64,000 nucleotides of DNA from the IMG/VR virus record IMGVR_UViG_3300028048_000080, positions 1 through 64,000 of that record. One strand, given 5' to 3'. Below are positions 1 through 8,444 of this stretch, one piece after another. This DNA comes from a virus (lineage: Duplodnaviria; Caudoviricetes). The notes below the pieces were generated by a model that searched no databases, was not told the origin of the DNA, and saw only the letters and a program-made list of their open reading frames with translations. Each line of letters opens with the position of its first letter. Position 1 is the stretch's first letter. Made by a program: the position numbers and the translations under genes.

Positions 1-429
1 ACGAAACTGCGCTTCCTCTCTTTTATCATCTCTTAAGGACGAGTATCCAGCTATTTGATTATGAAAGTAATCATTCAAATCCTTTAACGTGAATCGAATG
101 ACGTTCTCCTGGTAGAACGGATATTCCTTAAATGTTCCATCGGAGCGGATGATGGGCATCGGCGATAACAGCTGTAGCCGGTGATGACAGTAATACTGCC
201 CGCGCTTGATAAGGTTTCCTTCCGTTTCCCAAGCATCGGTAGGTATGTCAGCCGGCGTAATGTAACCTTTACCGCGGCCCATCGTATTCAAGAATCCGAA
301 TATCTCGGCGTCGGTAAGACCGCCTTCTTGCATGTACGCTATCGTACAGCGGGTAATGGCTTCTTCTCTAAGAGTAGGAAAGTCATAAACGCCGACGATT
401 TCCCTATAGTAATAGGCCGCCAGATCCAT
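1..429 (-). CDS. hypothetical phage protein, 3'-partial (MDLAAYYYREIVGVYDFPTL..., runs off the left edge)
   Basis: ATG at 429 with GGGAGG SD; 143 codons open to the window edge; consensus sigma-A promoter upstream. Not in the supplied ORF track because it has no stop in the window. Confidence 0.85.
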   Translation of the reverse strand, partial: MDLAAYYYREIVGVYDFPTLREEAITRCTIAYMQEGGLTDAEIFGFLNTMGRGKGYITPADIPTDAWETEGNLIKRGQYYCHHRLQLLSPMPIIRSDGTFKEYPFYQENVIRFTLKDLNDYFHNQIAGYSSLRDDKREEAQFR

Positions 430-456
430 AAAATCGCCTCCCTAAATTCTAAGAGT

Positions 457-485
457 ATTATAACAAAAACGTTAAGAGAAGTCAA
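457..485 (-). promoter_or_regulatory. sigma-70/sigma-A type promoter TTGACT-N17-TATAAT
   Basis: Minus strand reads TTGACT tctcttaacgtttttgt TATAAT; the -10 box lies 27 nt upstream of the ATG at 429. Confidence 0.8.
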
Positions 486-502
486 CCTCTTAACGTTTTT
501 GT
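463..502. terminator. perfect 16-bp inverted repeat; likely terminator of the structural operon, possibly bidirectional or an operator
   Basis: ACAAAAACGTTAAGAG-N8-CTCTTAACGTTTTTGT, 15 nt after the stop of 518..1579. Confidence 0.65.
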
Positions 503-517
503 ACAAAAGTATTCGTA

Positions 518-1579
518 TTACCGTTCTCCGATGGTTTTAAACTTCAGAGAAATAATTCCTTTTTTGATAGGCACTCTTACGTAAAAATCATATACGTTGC
601 GCGGCAGGGTATTCTGCGTCATTCCTTTAGATGGAACAATTTCGGAACCCAAGGTGCCGCCTTCATAGCTCATATAGAGTTTAATATCCTCTTCGGTGCA
701 GGTAGTTACGTGTACGCCATCCTGATCGTGAATAACGATATCGTCGCTTACCCAGTCTACGTAACGATTACGGCTTACCTTGAATACCATGTAGCTGTCA
801 GGATTATAATTGCTGTTAAGGAAGTACAGATGTTTAAGGCCGAAAGGATATTTGCCCGCCGCGTTCTGGAACCGTACCTTAATATCGATTTCGCAGGCAT
901 AGAGCTCTACGGTCTTGCCGATATAGATGCGACATGCTCCGGCCGAAGTCAAATCCGTATTGATGTTAATGCTGGGGAGCGTAGCCTGCGTACGGTAATC
1001 CTGCATGGTAAATACTCTTATACCGGTTATATCAAAACTGCCGGGAATATGCGGAAGAAGTTCCAGGGTATTAAACTTCGCCGCGCTGAATGCTTCGTTA
1101 GGATTAACTTCTACCTTAAGAGTGAACTCATCCGTAACCATTTCATCGAAAGCATTCTCTTTGCCCTTGATAGCATCATGCATAAGTATATTGGAAAATA
1201 CCGGGGATACTTCCTCGTTGAGATATACGTTAGCGTTATTTTTATATACGGGTCCAGCGGCCGTAAACATATTAAATGCATTGCCTTTATCAGCCGTGGA
1301 ATAAGGAACCACCGTAAGGCCATACTTACTGTAAGTACCGTCTACTTTCTCCTGGTCCACTAAAATAAACGTGGTATTGCTCTTGGTTTCATCCTGCAGA
1401 AGCTCTTCATTGAAGCGTCCAATACTATGCGCCGCGAATTCCATAGCGTCGCCGAATACACTGAGCTGACGATTAAGCTCCAGCTGCAGAGAGTTAATAT
1501 TATCCCGCAGTTCATCTACTTGGTCTTCCGTTTTTTCTAACACGTCCATTAACTGTTTGGACGATAACTTAGGTATCAT
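518..1579 (-). CDS. putative virion structural protein (N-terminal coiled coil, beta-rich body), 353 aa
   Basis: Long ORF, GAGGGGG SD, ATGA overlap with the upstream gene, last gene of the structural cluster. Confidence 0.7.
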   Translation of the reverse strand: MIPKLSSKQLMDVLEKTEDQVDELRDNINSLQLELNRQLSVFGDAMEFAAHSIGRFNEELLQDETKSNTTFILVDQEKVDGTYSKYGLTVVPYSTADKGNAFNMFTAAGPVYKNNANVYLNEEVSPVFSNILMHDAIKGKENAFDEMVTDEFTLKVEVNPNEAFSAAKFNTLELLPHIPGSFDITGIRVFTMQDYRTQATLPSININTDLTSAGACRIYIGKTVELYACEIDIKVRFQNAAGKYPFGLKHLYFLNSNYNPDSYMVFKVSRNRYVDWVSDDIVIHDQDGVHVTTCTEEDIKLYMSYEGGTLGSEIVPSKGMTQNTLPRNVYDFYVRVPIKKGIISLKFKTIGER

Positions 1580-1818
1580 TCGTTTATATCCCCCTCTATT
1601 TTTAGCTTAAGCCTCAAGAAGTCGTTAAGCAATCCTTCTTCTCCCGTAAGCTGTTCAAACATTGTTTTAAGCTTTTTATTACTATCTCCTAACAGGTTCA
1701 GATTGCCATCGGTGGTCTGCTTGGTGGAATACTTAATTTCATTGGCAAGCTGTAATACGCTGATAAGGAGTTTGTCATATTCATATGGGCCGCGATATCT
1801 TAAATTGTAACGTATCAT
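1576..1818 (-). CDS. small hypothetical structural protein, 80 aa
   Basis: ATGA overlaps with both neighbours; helical sequence. Confidence 0.7.
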   Translation of the reverse strand: MIRYNLRYRGPYEYDKLLISVLQLANEIKYSTKQTTDGNLNLLGDSNKKLKTMFEQLTGEEGLLNDFLRLKLKIEGDINE

Positions 1819-3002
1819 ACCTGCACCTCATCCAATAAAGCCTGTTCTTTAACGGCCACCATCTCTATGTATGGCTCGCTGCTATATAGTTGTTTAATCT
1901 TAACCTGTAACGGCATGGACACTTTGGCGTTGTTGCCGTACTCTTCTATACGGAAATCATATAGTTCAGGATCTGCCTGCGGGTAGTAAAGGACATCATT
2001 CTTAACTACGCCGCGGCGGCATACAGCATATATAATACCATCGGTATTTACGTTGAACGAGAAATTCTCGGCATCGTATTCAAACGTAACCAGCTGATGC
2101 TTTTGAGGAGCTGGAATGGATGTGCCCGCGAAATTTTGAGACAAGCGTTCATGCGTGAAGTCCATGTCGATATAAGTAGCGCCTATGACGTAGAAACTTA
2201 TGCGCCCTTTTCTCTCGTTAGGCGTAATAGGCTGTTCTTTATCCTTCTCGTAGAAATACTCTTGAGAAGCGTAAACATTGGTAATTTTATCCCGGCCGCC
2301 ATAGATAATATACCTATCGTTAATAATCGGAGTAAAGTTAGGCATCTGCATAGGAAAAGTAGCGTTACGTACGATGTCCTCGGGAAGTTCATAATGCAAT
2401 AGATTATATTTAGCTTCTCCCGGTATCTCCACGTAATCATGGCTGACTTTATAAGCTTTGCACCGCATGTCGCCCAACGAGAATACGGTATCATCAATAT
2501 CGAAGTTTCTTCCGCTTATATGAAAAGTGACCTTACTGCCCTTGCTTACTTCTACGTTGCCTAGATCCAGTATAGTGTAAAAGCCCGAAGTCTGCGGCGA
2601 GAATCCGTTTCCTTGGAAGAAGATGGTTTTGCCCGTAGCTACGCCGCCGGATTCAAATTCAGCTTTACGGCTGTAACGATCGGCGTAGGCTTCCAATTGA
2701 GCCAGATGCGTATCGATATAAGCTTTAGTATCGTTAAAGCGCTTTACACTTGCTTCATATGTCAATTTATACAGGATAAGAAGGTCTTGATATATGGCCA
2801 TGAAGTCTAAATTAAAACGTTCTACATCAAAGGCCGTACCTTCTTTTACGTCTATATGCTGGAATAAAGCCAGCTTGGCGTCCACGTCTTGGAGCCTTTT
2901 ATCTATCGCTATACGGTCAGGGAGCATTTCGGCCGCTACCATGGAAGAAGCTATCCTATCGCGCATATATTTAAGTTTTTCTACTTCATCATAATACTGC
3001 AT
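1815..3002 (-). CDS. putative virion structural protein (about 395 aa; start moved to MQYYDEV)
   Basis: TAATG overlap with the upstream stop and AGGAAAGG SD support a start at 3002 rather than 3026. Confidence 0.7.
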   Translation of the reverse strand: MQYYDEVEKLKYMRDRIASSMVAAEMLPDRIAIDKRLQDVDAKLALFQHIDVKEGTAFDVERFNLDFMAIYQDLLILYKLTYEASVKRFNDTKAYIDTHLAQLEAYADRYSRKAEFESGGVATGKTIFFQGNGFSPQTSGFYTILDLGNVEVSKGSKVTFHISGRNFDIDDTVFSLGDMRCKAYKVSHDYVEIPGEAKYNLLHYELPEDIVRNATFPMQMPNFTPIINDRYIIYGGRDKITNVYASQEYFYEKDKEQPITPNERKGRISFYVIGATYIDMDFTHERLSQNFAGTSIPAPQKHQLVTFEYDAENFSFNVNTDGIIYAVCRRGVVKNDVLYYPQADPELYDFRIEEYGNNAKVSMPLQVKIKQLYSSEPYIEMVAVKEQALLDEVQV

Positions 3003-4339
3003 TAGGATACAACCTTTCCTATACATACTTTAAGATTACTGATAAAAGGAGTTTCTCCGGCCGGCGTCGGCGAGATAAGCACCTTTAAGGTAGCGCTTTT
3101 AATGGGTTCCTTAAGATGAGTTATATAACTATCGCTAACCGTATAGTCCGAGAATCTAATTATCTTAGTGCCCGTACGGTTGGAATTAATCGGCACTACG
3201 TTATAATCTACGCCATTAACCGTAAGGATATAACGAATGTAATCCTGATCGGTAGGATAATGACTGGGGACATATTCGTTAGCGAATACGGCTATGCAAT
3301 CTACGGGAGCGGCTACCATATCCCATGTGTAAAACTCGCCTGAACCATATCTGGTATTATAGCCCTTAATATTGTTCACGATGATTGCGTGACGTTTTAC
3401 GCCGGGCAGCTCATTACCATCGCCGTCTACTACGATGTCGTTGGTTACGCCGCTACTACGGAAACGTATTTTTATAAATGAAGTACTGGGGAAAGCGATA
3501 ATACCCGTATCGTAAGCGTATTCAGGATCGTCGTATTTAGCATCCGGATCGTTAATATGAATTTCTTTAGATAAGGTGGAGACGTAAGTTGCGCCATCAT
3601 CCAAACTTATTAGTACATCCTCCACTACTATATCGTATTCAGAGCTTATCTTAATAGCTTGTATATTTTCGGAGGCAACGAGAGTTACCGTAGCGCGCGC
3701 TTCTTCCGTATCGCCGTTAACGGGAACCGCAGAACCTTTAGGAATAGACGATGCCGTAAAACGGGAGTATTCCCAGCGGGTTAAGTCACTTTCATCCGTG
3801 AGATATATTTCAGAGCTATTAATAGCGTCCTTAACGTATTCATTTCCATTGACGCCGTTGCCTGAAACATCGGCTACGACTAAGGTAAAATCATCATTCT
3901 TGTCGACGACTTCGCCGGTAAAAGCGTTATTTACCCACCCGTAATTGCCCAGTACGTTAGTACCCACGTAAGACTTGACGCTGGAGAATGCGTCATATTG
4001 CCCGCAGATAGCGTTGATGTCCTTAATGCGATCACGCTCAACTTGAATCTGCTGGTCAGCCGTTTCCAATCTGAGGAGCATATTATTAATAACGTCAGTA
4101 TAGCTGTTAGCCGTGTGAATTAATTCACTCTCTAAAGAGACGAAGTCGATAGAGATGTCTCTCAGGGCGTTGTTAGCAGTCTCTTTAAGCGGTTCCGTTT
4201 CGGGATGGAAGGCCAGACCTTCGAACGTAGGCGTCTGAATATCCTTCTCATATATCTGTAGGCCGCGCTTGTAATCGCCGTTATCGATTTTCTCCTGAGC
4301 GTATTCCTTGCGGATAGCTTCTATTCCTACATAGTCCAA
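3002..4339 (-). CDS. putative virion structural protein, 445 aa
   Basis: TTG start with GGAGGTG SD; coiled-coil N-terminus then beta-rich region. Confidence 0.7.
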   Translation of the reverse strand: MDYVGIEAIRKEYAQEKIDNGDYKRGLQIYEKDIQTPTFEGLAFHPETEPLKETANNALRDISIDFVSLESELIHTANSYTDVINNMLLRLETADQQIQVERDRIKDINAICGQYDAFSSVKSYVGTNVLGNYGWVNNAFTGEVVDKNDDFTLVVADVSGNGVNGNEYVKDAINSSEIYLTDESDLTRWEYSRFTASSIPKGSAVPVNGDTEEARATVTLVASENIQAIKISSEYDIVVEDVLISLDDGATYVSTLSKEIHINDPDAKYDDPEYAYDTGIIAFPSTSFIKIRFRSSGVTNDIVVDGDGNELPGVKRHAIIVNNIKGYNTRYGSGEFYTWDMVAAPVDCIAVFANEYVPSHYPTDQDYIRYILTVNGVDYNVVPINSNRTGTKIIRFSDYTVSDSYITHLKEPIKSATLKVLISPTPAGETPFISNLKVCIGKVVS

Positions 4340-5094
4340 AGTCTGTCACCTCCATATCTTAAGATTACTAAGCTGTTGATACTGGCTGGCACTTCTTCTC
4401 CGTCGTTGCGTTGCACTACTTTTATCTTCACGTTTTTATTGAGCGGATAATATACGTGAGCGCTCTTGAGCGGAGTGTAACTTATATGATAAGTGCTGGT
4501 AGTATCTAACGCTTTAAGCTGCTCGTAAGTCAAATTGGTTTTCTGCCCGTCCCTATAAATAGTAATCGGCTGAAGCATATCCGGCTTGAAGCGAGTATCC
4601 AAACCAAAGAAAACTTTCTCTTTAACTACCGTCTTTAACTCGACGGGAAGAATAGGAGTTTCTTGCGTGCCGTCTATTATAGAATATTCGATATTGCCGT
4701 TGCCGGTAGTTTTGGCCGACAACTTAATATAAGAGCACTGGCCCAAGTCAATCTCTTTGCTGATAAATCCATTAACAGCTGAAGGAGTGCTCTTAAGAAC
4801 TTTAATACTGTCGACACCCAATACATATTTACGGCATTGGATAGTATCACCTTTATATTCAGGGATGGTACTATCGTAAGGAGCGGAGTTGGAGAAACTT
4901 GGTGCCTGTGGCATAGAAGCTTCCTGATAACCATTGTCCGCGTTAGCCACCTTAGAGTCTATGATATCGCCGGGAACGTAACGCAGGGCAGTGCCGCCGA
5001 GCGATTCAATAGTACCGTTTTGGCCAGCAAAAATTAACGCGTCGCTATCTACCTTCTTTTTAGTAACTTTATTTATGTACTCGTATTCAGCCAA
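4327..5094 (-). CDS. hypothetical structural protein, 255 aa
   Basis: TTG start with GAGGAGGG SD; coupled to its neighbours. Confidence 0.7.
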   Translation of the reverse strand: MAEYEYINKVTKKKVDSDALIFAGQNGTIESLGGTALRYVPGDIIDSKVANADNGYQEASMPQAPSFSNSAPYDSTIPEYKGDTIQCRKYVLGVDSIKVLKSTPSAVNGFISKEIDLGQCSYIKLSAKTTGNGNIEYSIIDGTQETPILPVELKTVVKEKVFFGLDTRFKPDMLQPITIYRDGQKTNLTYEQLKALDTTSTYHISYTPLKSAHVYYPLNKNVKIKVVQRNDGEEVPASINSLVILRYGGDRLWTM

Positions 5095-5095
5095 G

Positions 5096-6064
5096 TTATC
5101 TGCCCTCCTCTATCTTAACATTGCGGTTGCGTACGTTCTTGTTAAACTTGTCCCATGCAGAATATATGGAATCCATAGCATTGGCTAGGTATTTACGCTC
5201 GGTGGCGAGCATGCTTTCTTCCATCTGTTTGATAGTTTGATTGTCGCTTACGTGGGTGTCTAGCCCGGAATAGAAAAGTTCCGTAGATGAGTCATAGGCT
5301 AAAGCATCCGTATGAAAACTTGCCGTATCATAATTCTTAGAAACGAGTTCAAATTTAATGCCGGCGAATTCCTGCGGGGTAAAATAGCCACATTGGATAT
5401 TCAGCGGCACTTCCATATGGTTAGGCATTACGCCGCGAACATTCTTAACTTCAGCGTTCACCGGAGTTATAGCTACGTAATTTATGGAAGCCGGAACGGT
5501 AAAGTCTACCGAGATAGTTTCTTCCAAACCATCCTTTAAATCTTCCGTGACTAAGTAAGTAGACATACCGTGCTTCCCGTTAGTTAAGTTGGAGTAAGTA
5601 GAGTTATAACACGGAACTGATGCGCTATTGTTGACATAGGCCACAGCCGCTTCTCCTATAGCGTTTGAATCCATTAACAGCTTACCGTCAACCAATTGCA
5701 TGGAAGGGATTACGGCGCCGTCACGATCACGGATAATACCACCGTCACTTTGCATGGGAACCATCATGGCTACTGCGTCATTGTCGTGGTATAAGTCGGC
5801 TACATCTTCTATAATCTTTAAACTGTCGCGCAGTTTCTCTTCTTTTTCAGCTATTTTCTTTTCGGCATAACTGCGGGCAAATTCATCTATATCCTGCAAT
5901 AACCGTATCTTTTCATATAAGACGTTTAATTGGTATTCTATCTGTCGGCAGGCCAGATTGTAACTGTCGGCATCCATTTTGTCGGCAAAGTCCTGTGGGA
6001 AGTTTTCGTTTTCTTCCCTCACGTAATCCAGCGCTGTATTGATGTCATCTATATTATTAATCAA
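5096..6064 (-). CDS. putative virion structural protein (about 322 aa; probable TTG start at 6064)
   Basis: The GTG at 6073 in the ORF track is part of the GAGGTG SD; coiled-coil N-terminus. Confidence 0.7.
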   Translation of the reverse strand: MINNIDDINTALDYVREENENFPQDFADKMDADSYNLACRQIEYQLNVLYEKIRLLQDIDEFARSYAEKKIAEKEEKLRDSLKIIEDVADLYHDNDAVAMMVPMQSDGGIIRDRDGAVIPSMQLVDGKLLMDSNAIGEAAVAYVNNSASVPCYNSTYSNLTNGKHGMSTYLVTEDLKDGLEETISVDFTVPASINYVAITPVNAEVKNVRGVMPNHMEVPLNIQCGYFTPQEFAGIKFELVSKNYDTASFHTDALAYDSSTELFYSGLDTHVSDNQTIKQMEESMLATERKYLANAMDSIYSAWDKFNKNVRNRNVKIEEGR

Positions 6065-6084
6065 TGGTAACACCTCGCAAGTAT

Positions 6085-6090
6085 ATTACC
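6085..6090 (-). promoter_or_regulatory. putative phage late promoter core GGTAAT
   Basis: GGTAATATAC; the same hexamer occurs in 7 intergenic gaps, always on the coding strand upstream of a start. Confidence 0.6.
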
Positions 6091-6111
6091 TCGCATTTTC
6101 TACGAAATGAG

Positions 6112-6134
6112 AAAAGCCACCCGAAGGTGGCTTT
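6112..6134 (-). terminator. intrinsic terminator with C(UUCG)G loop
   Basis: AAAGCCACC-TTCG-GGTGGCTTTT just after the stop of 6140..6331. Confidence 0.85.
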
Positions 6135-6139
6135 GGCAA

Positions 6140-6331
6140 TTAATACTGAATTTCGTAGGCATACGCGGACTCAGAACCAATAATAATCTGGTTATTATTG
6201 AGTCCATAGCAGTCTTCGAAGGAGTTCATTAGGGATTCGTTGGGACACTGGCTGGTAGCCATAATGTCCGCGATCTTAGCTTTCTGAACTTCAGACAGCT
6301 CATAAGAACTGATTACGGTTACTTTATTCAT
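6140..6331 (-). CDS. small hypothetical protein, 63 aa
   Basis: AGGAG SD, fills the gap between a gene and a terminator. Confidence 0.75.
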   Translation of the reverse strand: MNKVTVISSYELSEVQKAKIADIMATSQCPNESLMNSFEDCYGLNNNQIIIGSESAYAYEIQY

Positions 6332-6346
6332 CTTATTTTTCTCCTG

Positions 6347-8440
6347 TTAGGCGTTGATACAACGGTCAAGGGAAAGGCTCAAATCCTTAATGGCGCCGGC
6401 CATTACGTAAGAGCTCGTACCATACTTCTTGTCACGCTGTTCTACCAGGTTGCTATTGCAGGATTTCTTCCAGTAGATTTCCAGCTCAAACTTGTTATAG
6501 AGACGATTGATGGTGCTGCCATCACTCTCGCGGATATTCATCGGCGCCTCGAAAATAAGGCGATCCGTAGCACGCGTTTTCCCGCTCGTACGGTCAGGCA
6601 TAATGCATGTAAGCGGCAGCTCGTAGCGGTCAAGGTACTCGGTAACCATTTCACAGAGTTTAGGATTCCACGTTTCTTTCGAAGCTTTAAGAGCCACCTT
6701 GTAACCGATAGGATATACTGGCGCACCTTCGTCCGCGTAGAAGCCTTTTTTAAGAGTGAGATTTAAACCGTCTACGCTCTGGACTTCACGGATTTCCGTG
6801 CCAATAGCCACCGTAGAAGCGTTATTCAAACAGCCGTCGCCGTATGGTTCTTCCTCGGTCACGTTAATGCTGCAACCATCGATATGGCTTCCTCCCATGC
6901 CTTCAGCTAAGTGGAATAAACCTTCACGGTTTACGCGGAGCATCAGGCGGCCATAAGAAGAACGGATAGGCTCAGGCTCTTTCCATGCGGCCGTATAAAT
7001 GCCGTCGGGATACGGAGTAAATTCTTTCTCGATAGCTTTTAAGAGCGTAACGCCATAATACAGGTCGTAGGAATTCATTACATCATCCGTGTAAAGCGGT
7101 TTCGGAGCCTTCGTATCGTAATGATACGTAACGCTGTTTAGCTGCAGATCACCGTTGGTTACGGTATTTAAGAACTCAACGTCGTAGTAGTTCATTTCAT
7201 CCAGCGTATCGGGATTACATTCGATAATCATGCAATAGCGCAAAGGGATGCCCGAGGAATCATCGCCGCGTAAGCATGGGTAGCAATCCGGGGAAGTAAG
7301 CCCGAAATTGGAGCCGGTTTCTTTAGAAGCATCGTAGAAGTCGAAAGACACGATATGGTCATCCAGTGCCGCCGATACGACGAGCGGCTGGCTCTTGGCT
7401 ATCATGATATCTTCCAAGGATTCGCCTGCGCTAGTAGCACCGCCATTTTTAACAGCTTCATTCCACTTCTCAATATCCTGTTCATTGATAATAGTACAGG
7501 TGAGGGACCCTGGATTATTGTGCGCACGTACTAAGATGTCCAGCTTGGACAGGTAGCTATTCTGCATCTGCTTCGGAATACGGAACGTATAAGCGTAACC
7601 AGGGTTTTCTTTGTTAAGACGCAGGAAGTGGTTGTACGTATCATCGGTAAAACCGCTGTAAAGAGTTTGCCCTTTGTCGATAGAGGTATTGGCCGCCTGT
7701 CCAAATGCGTAAGTGCCATTCATTACTACGCCTTTAGAACGCATAATAATGGTACCCTTATCGATTTCAAACGATGCTTCGTTAACCAACTTCAGAGTAC
7801 GGCCGTCTACGTCTTTTTCGGCTACTGCTACTACACACTGTTTAGTAAGATCCGAAGTCTGGATATAGAGGTGATCGCCTACGGCAGTCTTCTTATAAAG
7901 CTCGTCGGGGACAATCATACGAAGTCTAGGCATTACGGCCGATTTTTCAGGAACTACACCGACGACCTCCTGCATATGACGAATATCGCTGGTACGGAAT
8001 GCGTCGTAGAAACCGGAGTACGGAACGTAGCCATCAATTACGCCGCGCTTAGCGAGTTCGGCGCGAAGCTGATAAAGCTCGTCGCGAATTTCGATAAACT
8101 CACGTTCGTTATTCTTAGCTAAGTTGTTCTGACGTTCGGTAAGCTGTCCACCAGCTTTGGTAGTAAAGAAATTTTCTACCGGTTGGCCAGCCAAATGATT
8201 GGCGTTATATACGGTATTGCGATCTACCGATTTAGCTTTACCAGTCGCAAAATCCGTAGTATCGGCGAGGGCGGTAAGTTCCGCCGCTACGCCAGCTACT
8301 TTTTCTACGTCCGTAGCTTTGTCTCTGCGGGTAACAAATTGTTTAGCCTTGTTAAGATACAGGGCGATGTCTTCCATGTTAAGAAGACTGGTTCCGACTT
8401 TGGTTAAGTCGCCGGAACCTTCAAAATATCCTTCTGCCAT
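6347..8440 (-). CDS. putative virion structural (baseplate/tail-associated) protein, 697 aa
   Basis: Long ORF in the structural cluster; short coiled coil followed by beta-rich domains. Confidence 0.65.
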   Translation of the reverse strand: MAEGYFEGSGDLTKVGTSLLNMEDIALYLNKAKQFVTRRDKATDVEKVAGVAAELTALADTTDFATGKAKSVDRNTVYNANHLAGQPVENFFTTKAGGQLTERQNNLAKNNEREFIEIRDELYQLRAELAKRGVIDGYVPYSGFYDAFRTSDIRHMQEVVGVVPEKSAVMPRLRMIVPDELYKKTAVGDHLYIQTSDLTKQCVVAVAEKDVDGRTLKLVNEASFEIDKGTIIMRSKGVVMNGTYAFGQAANTSIDKGQTLYSGFTDDTYNHFLRLNKENPGYAYTFRIPKQMQNSYLSKLDILVRAHNNPGSLTCTIINEQDIEKWNEAVKNGGATSAGESLEDIMIAKSQPLVVSAALDDHIVSFDFYDASKETGSNFGLTSPDCYPCLRGDDSSGIPLRYCMIIECNPDTLDEMNYYDVEFLNTVTNGDLQLNSVTYHYDTKAPKPLYTDDVMNSYDLYYGVTLLKAIEKEFTPYPDGIYTAAWKEPEPIRSSYGRLMLRVNREGLFHLAEGMGGSHIDGCSINVTEEEPYGDGCLNNASTVAIGTEIREVQSVDGLNLTLKKGFYADEGAPVYPIGYKVALKASKETWNPKLCEMVTEYLDRYELPLTCIMPDRTSGKTRATDRLIFEAPMNIRESDGSTINRLYNKFELEIYWKKSCNSNLVEQRDKKYGTSSYVMAGAIKDLSLSLDRCINA

Positions 8441-8444
8441 GTGG

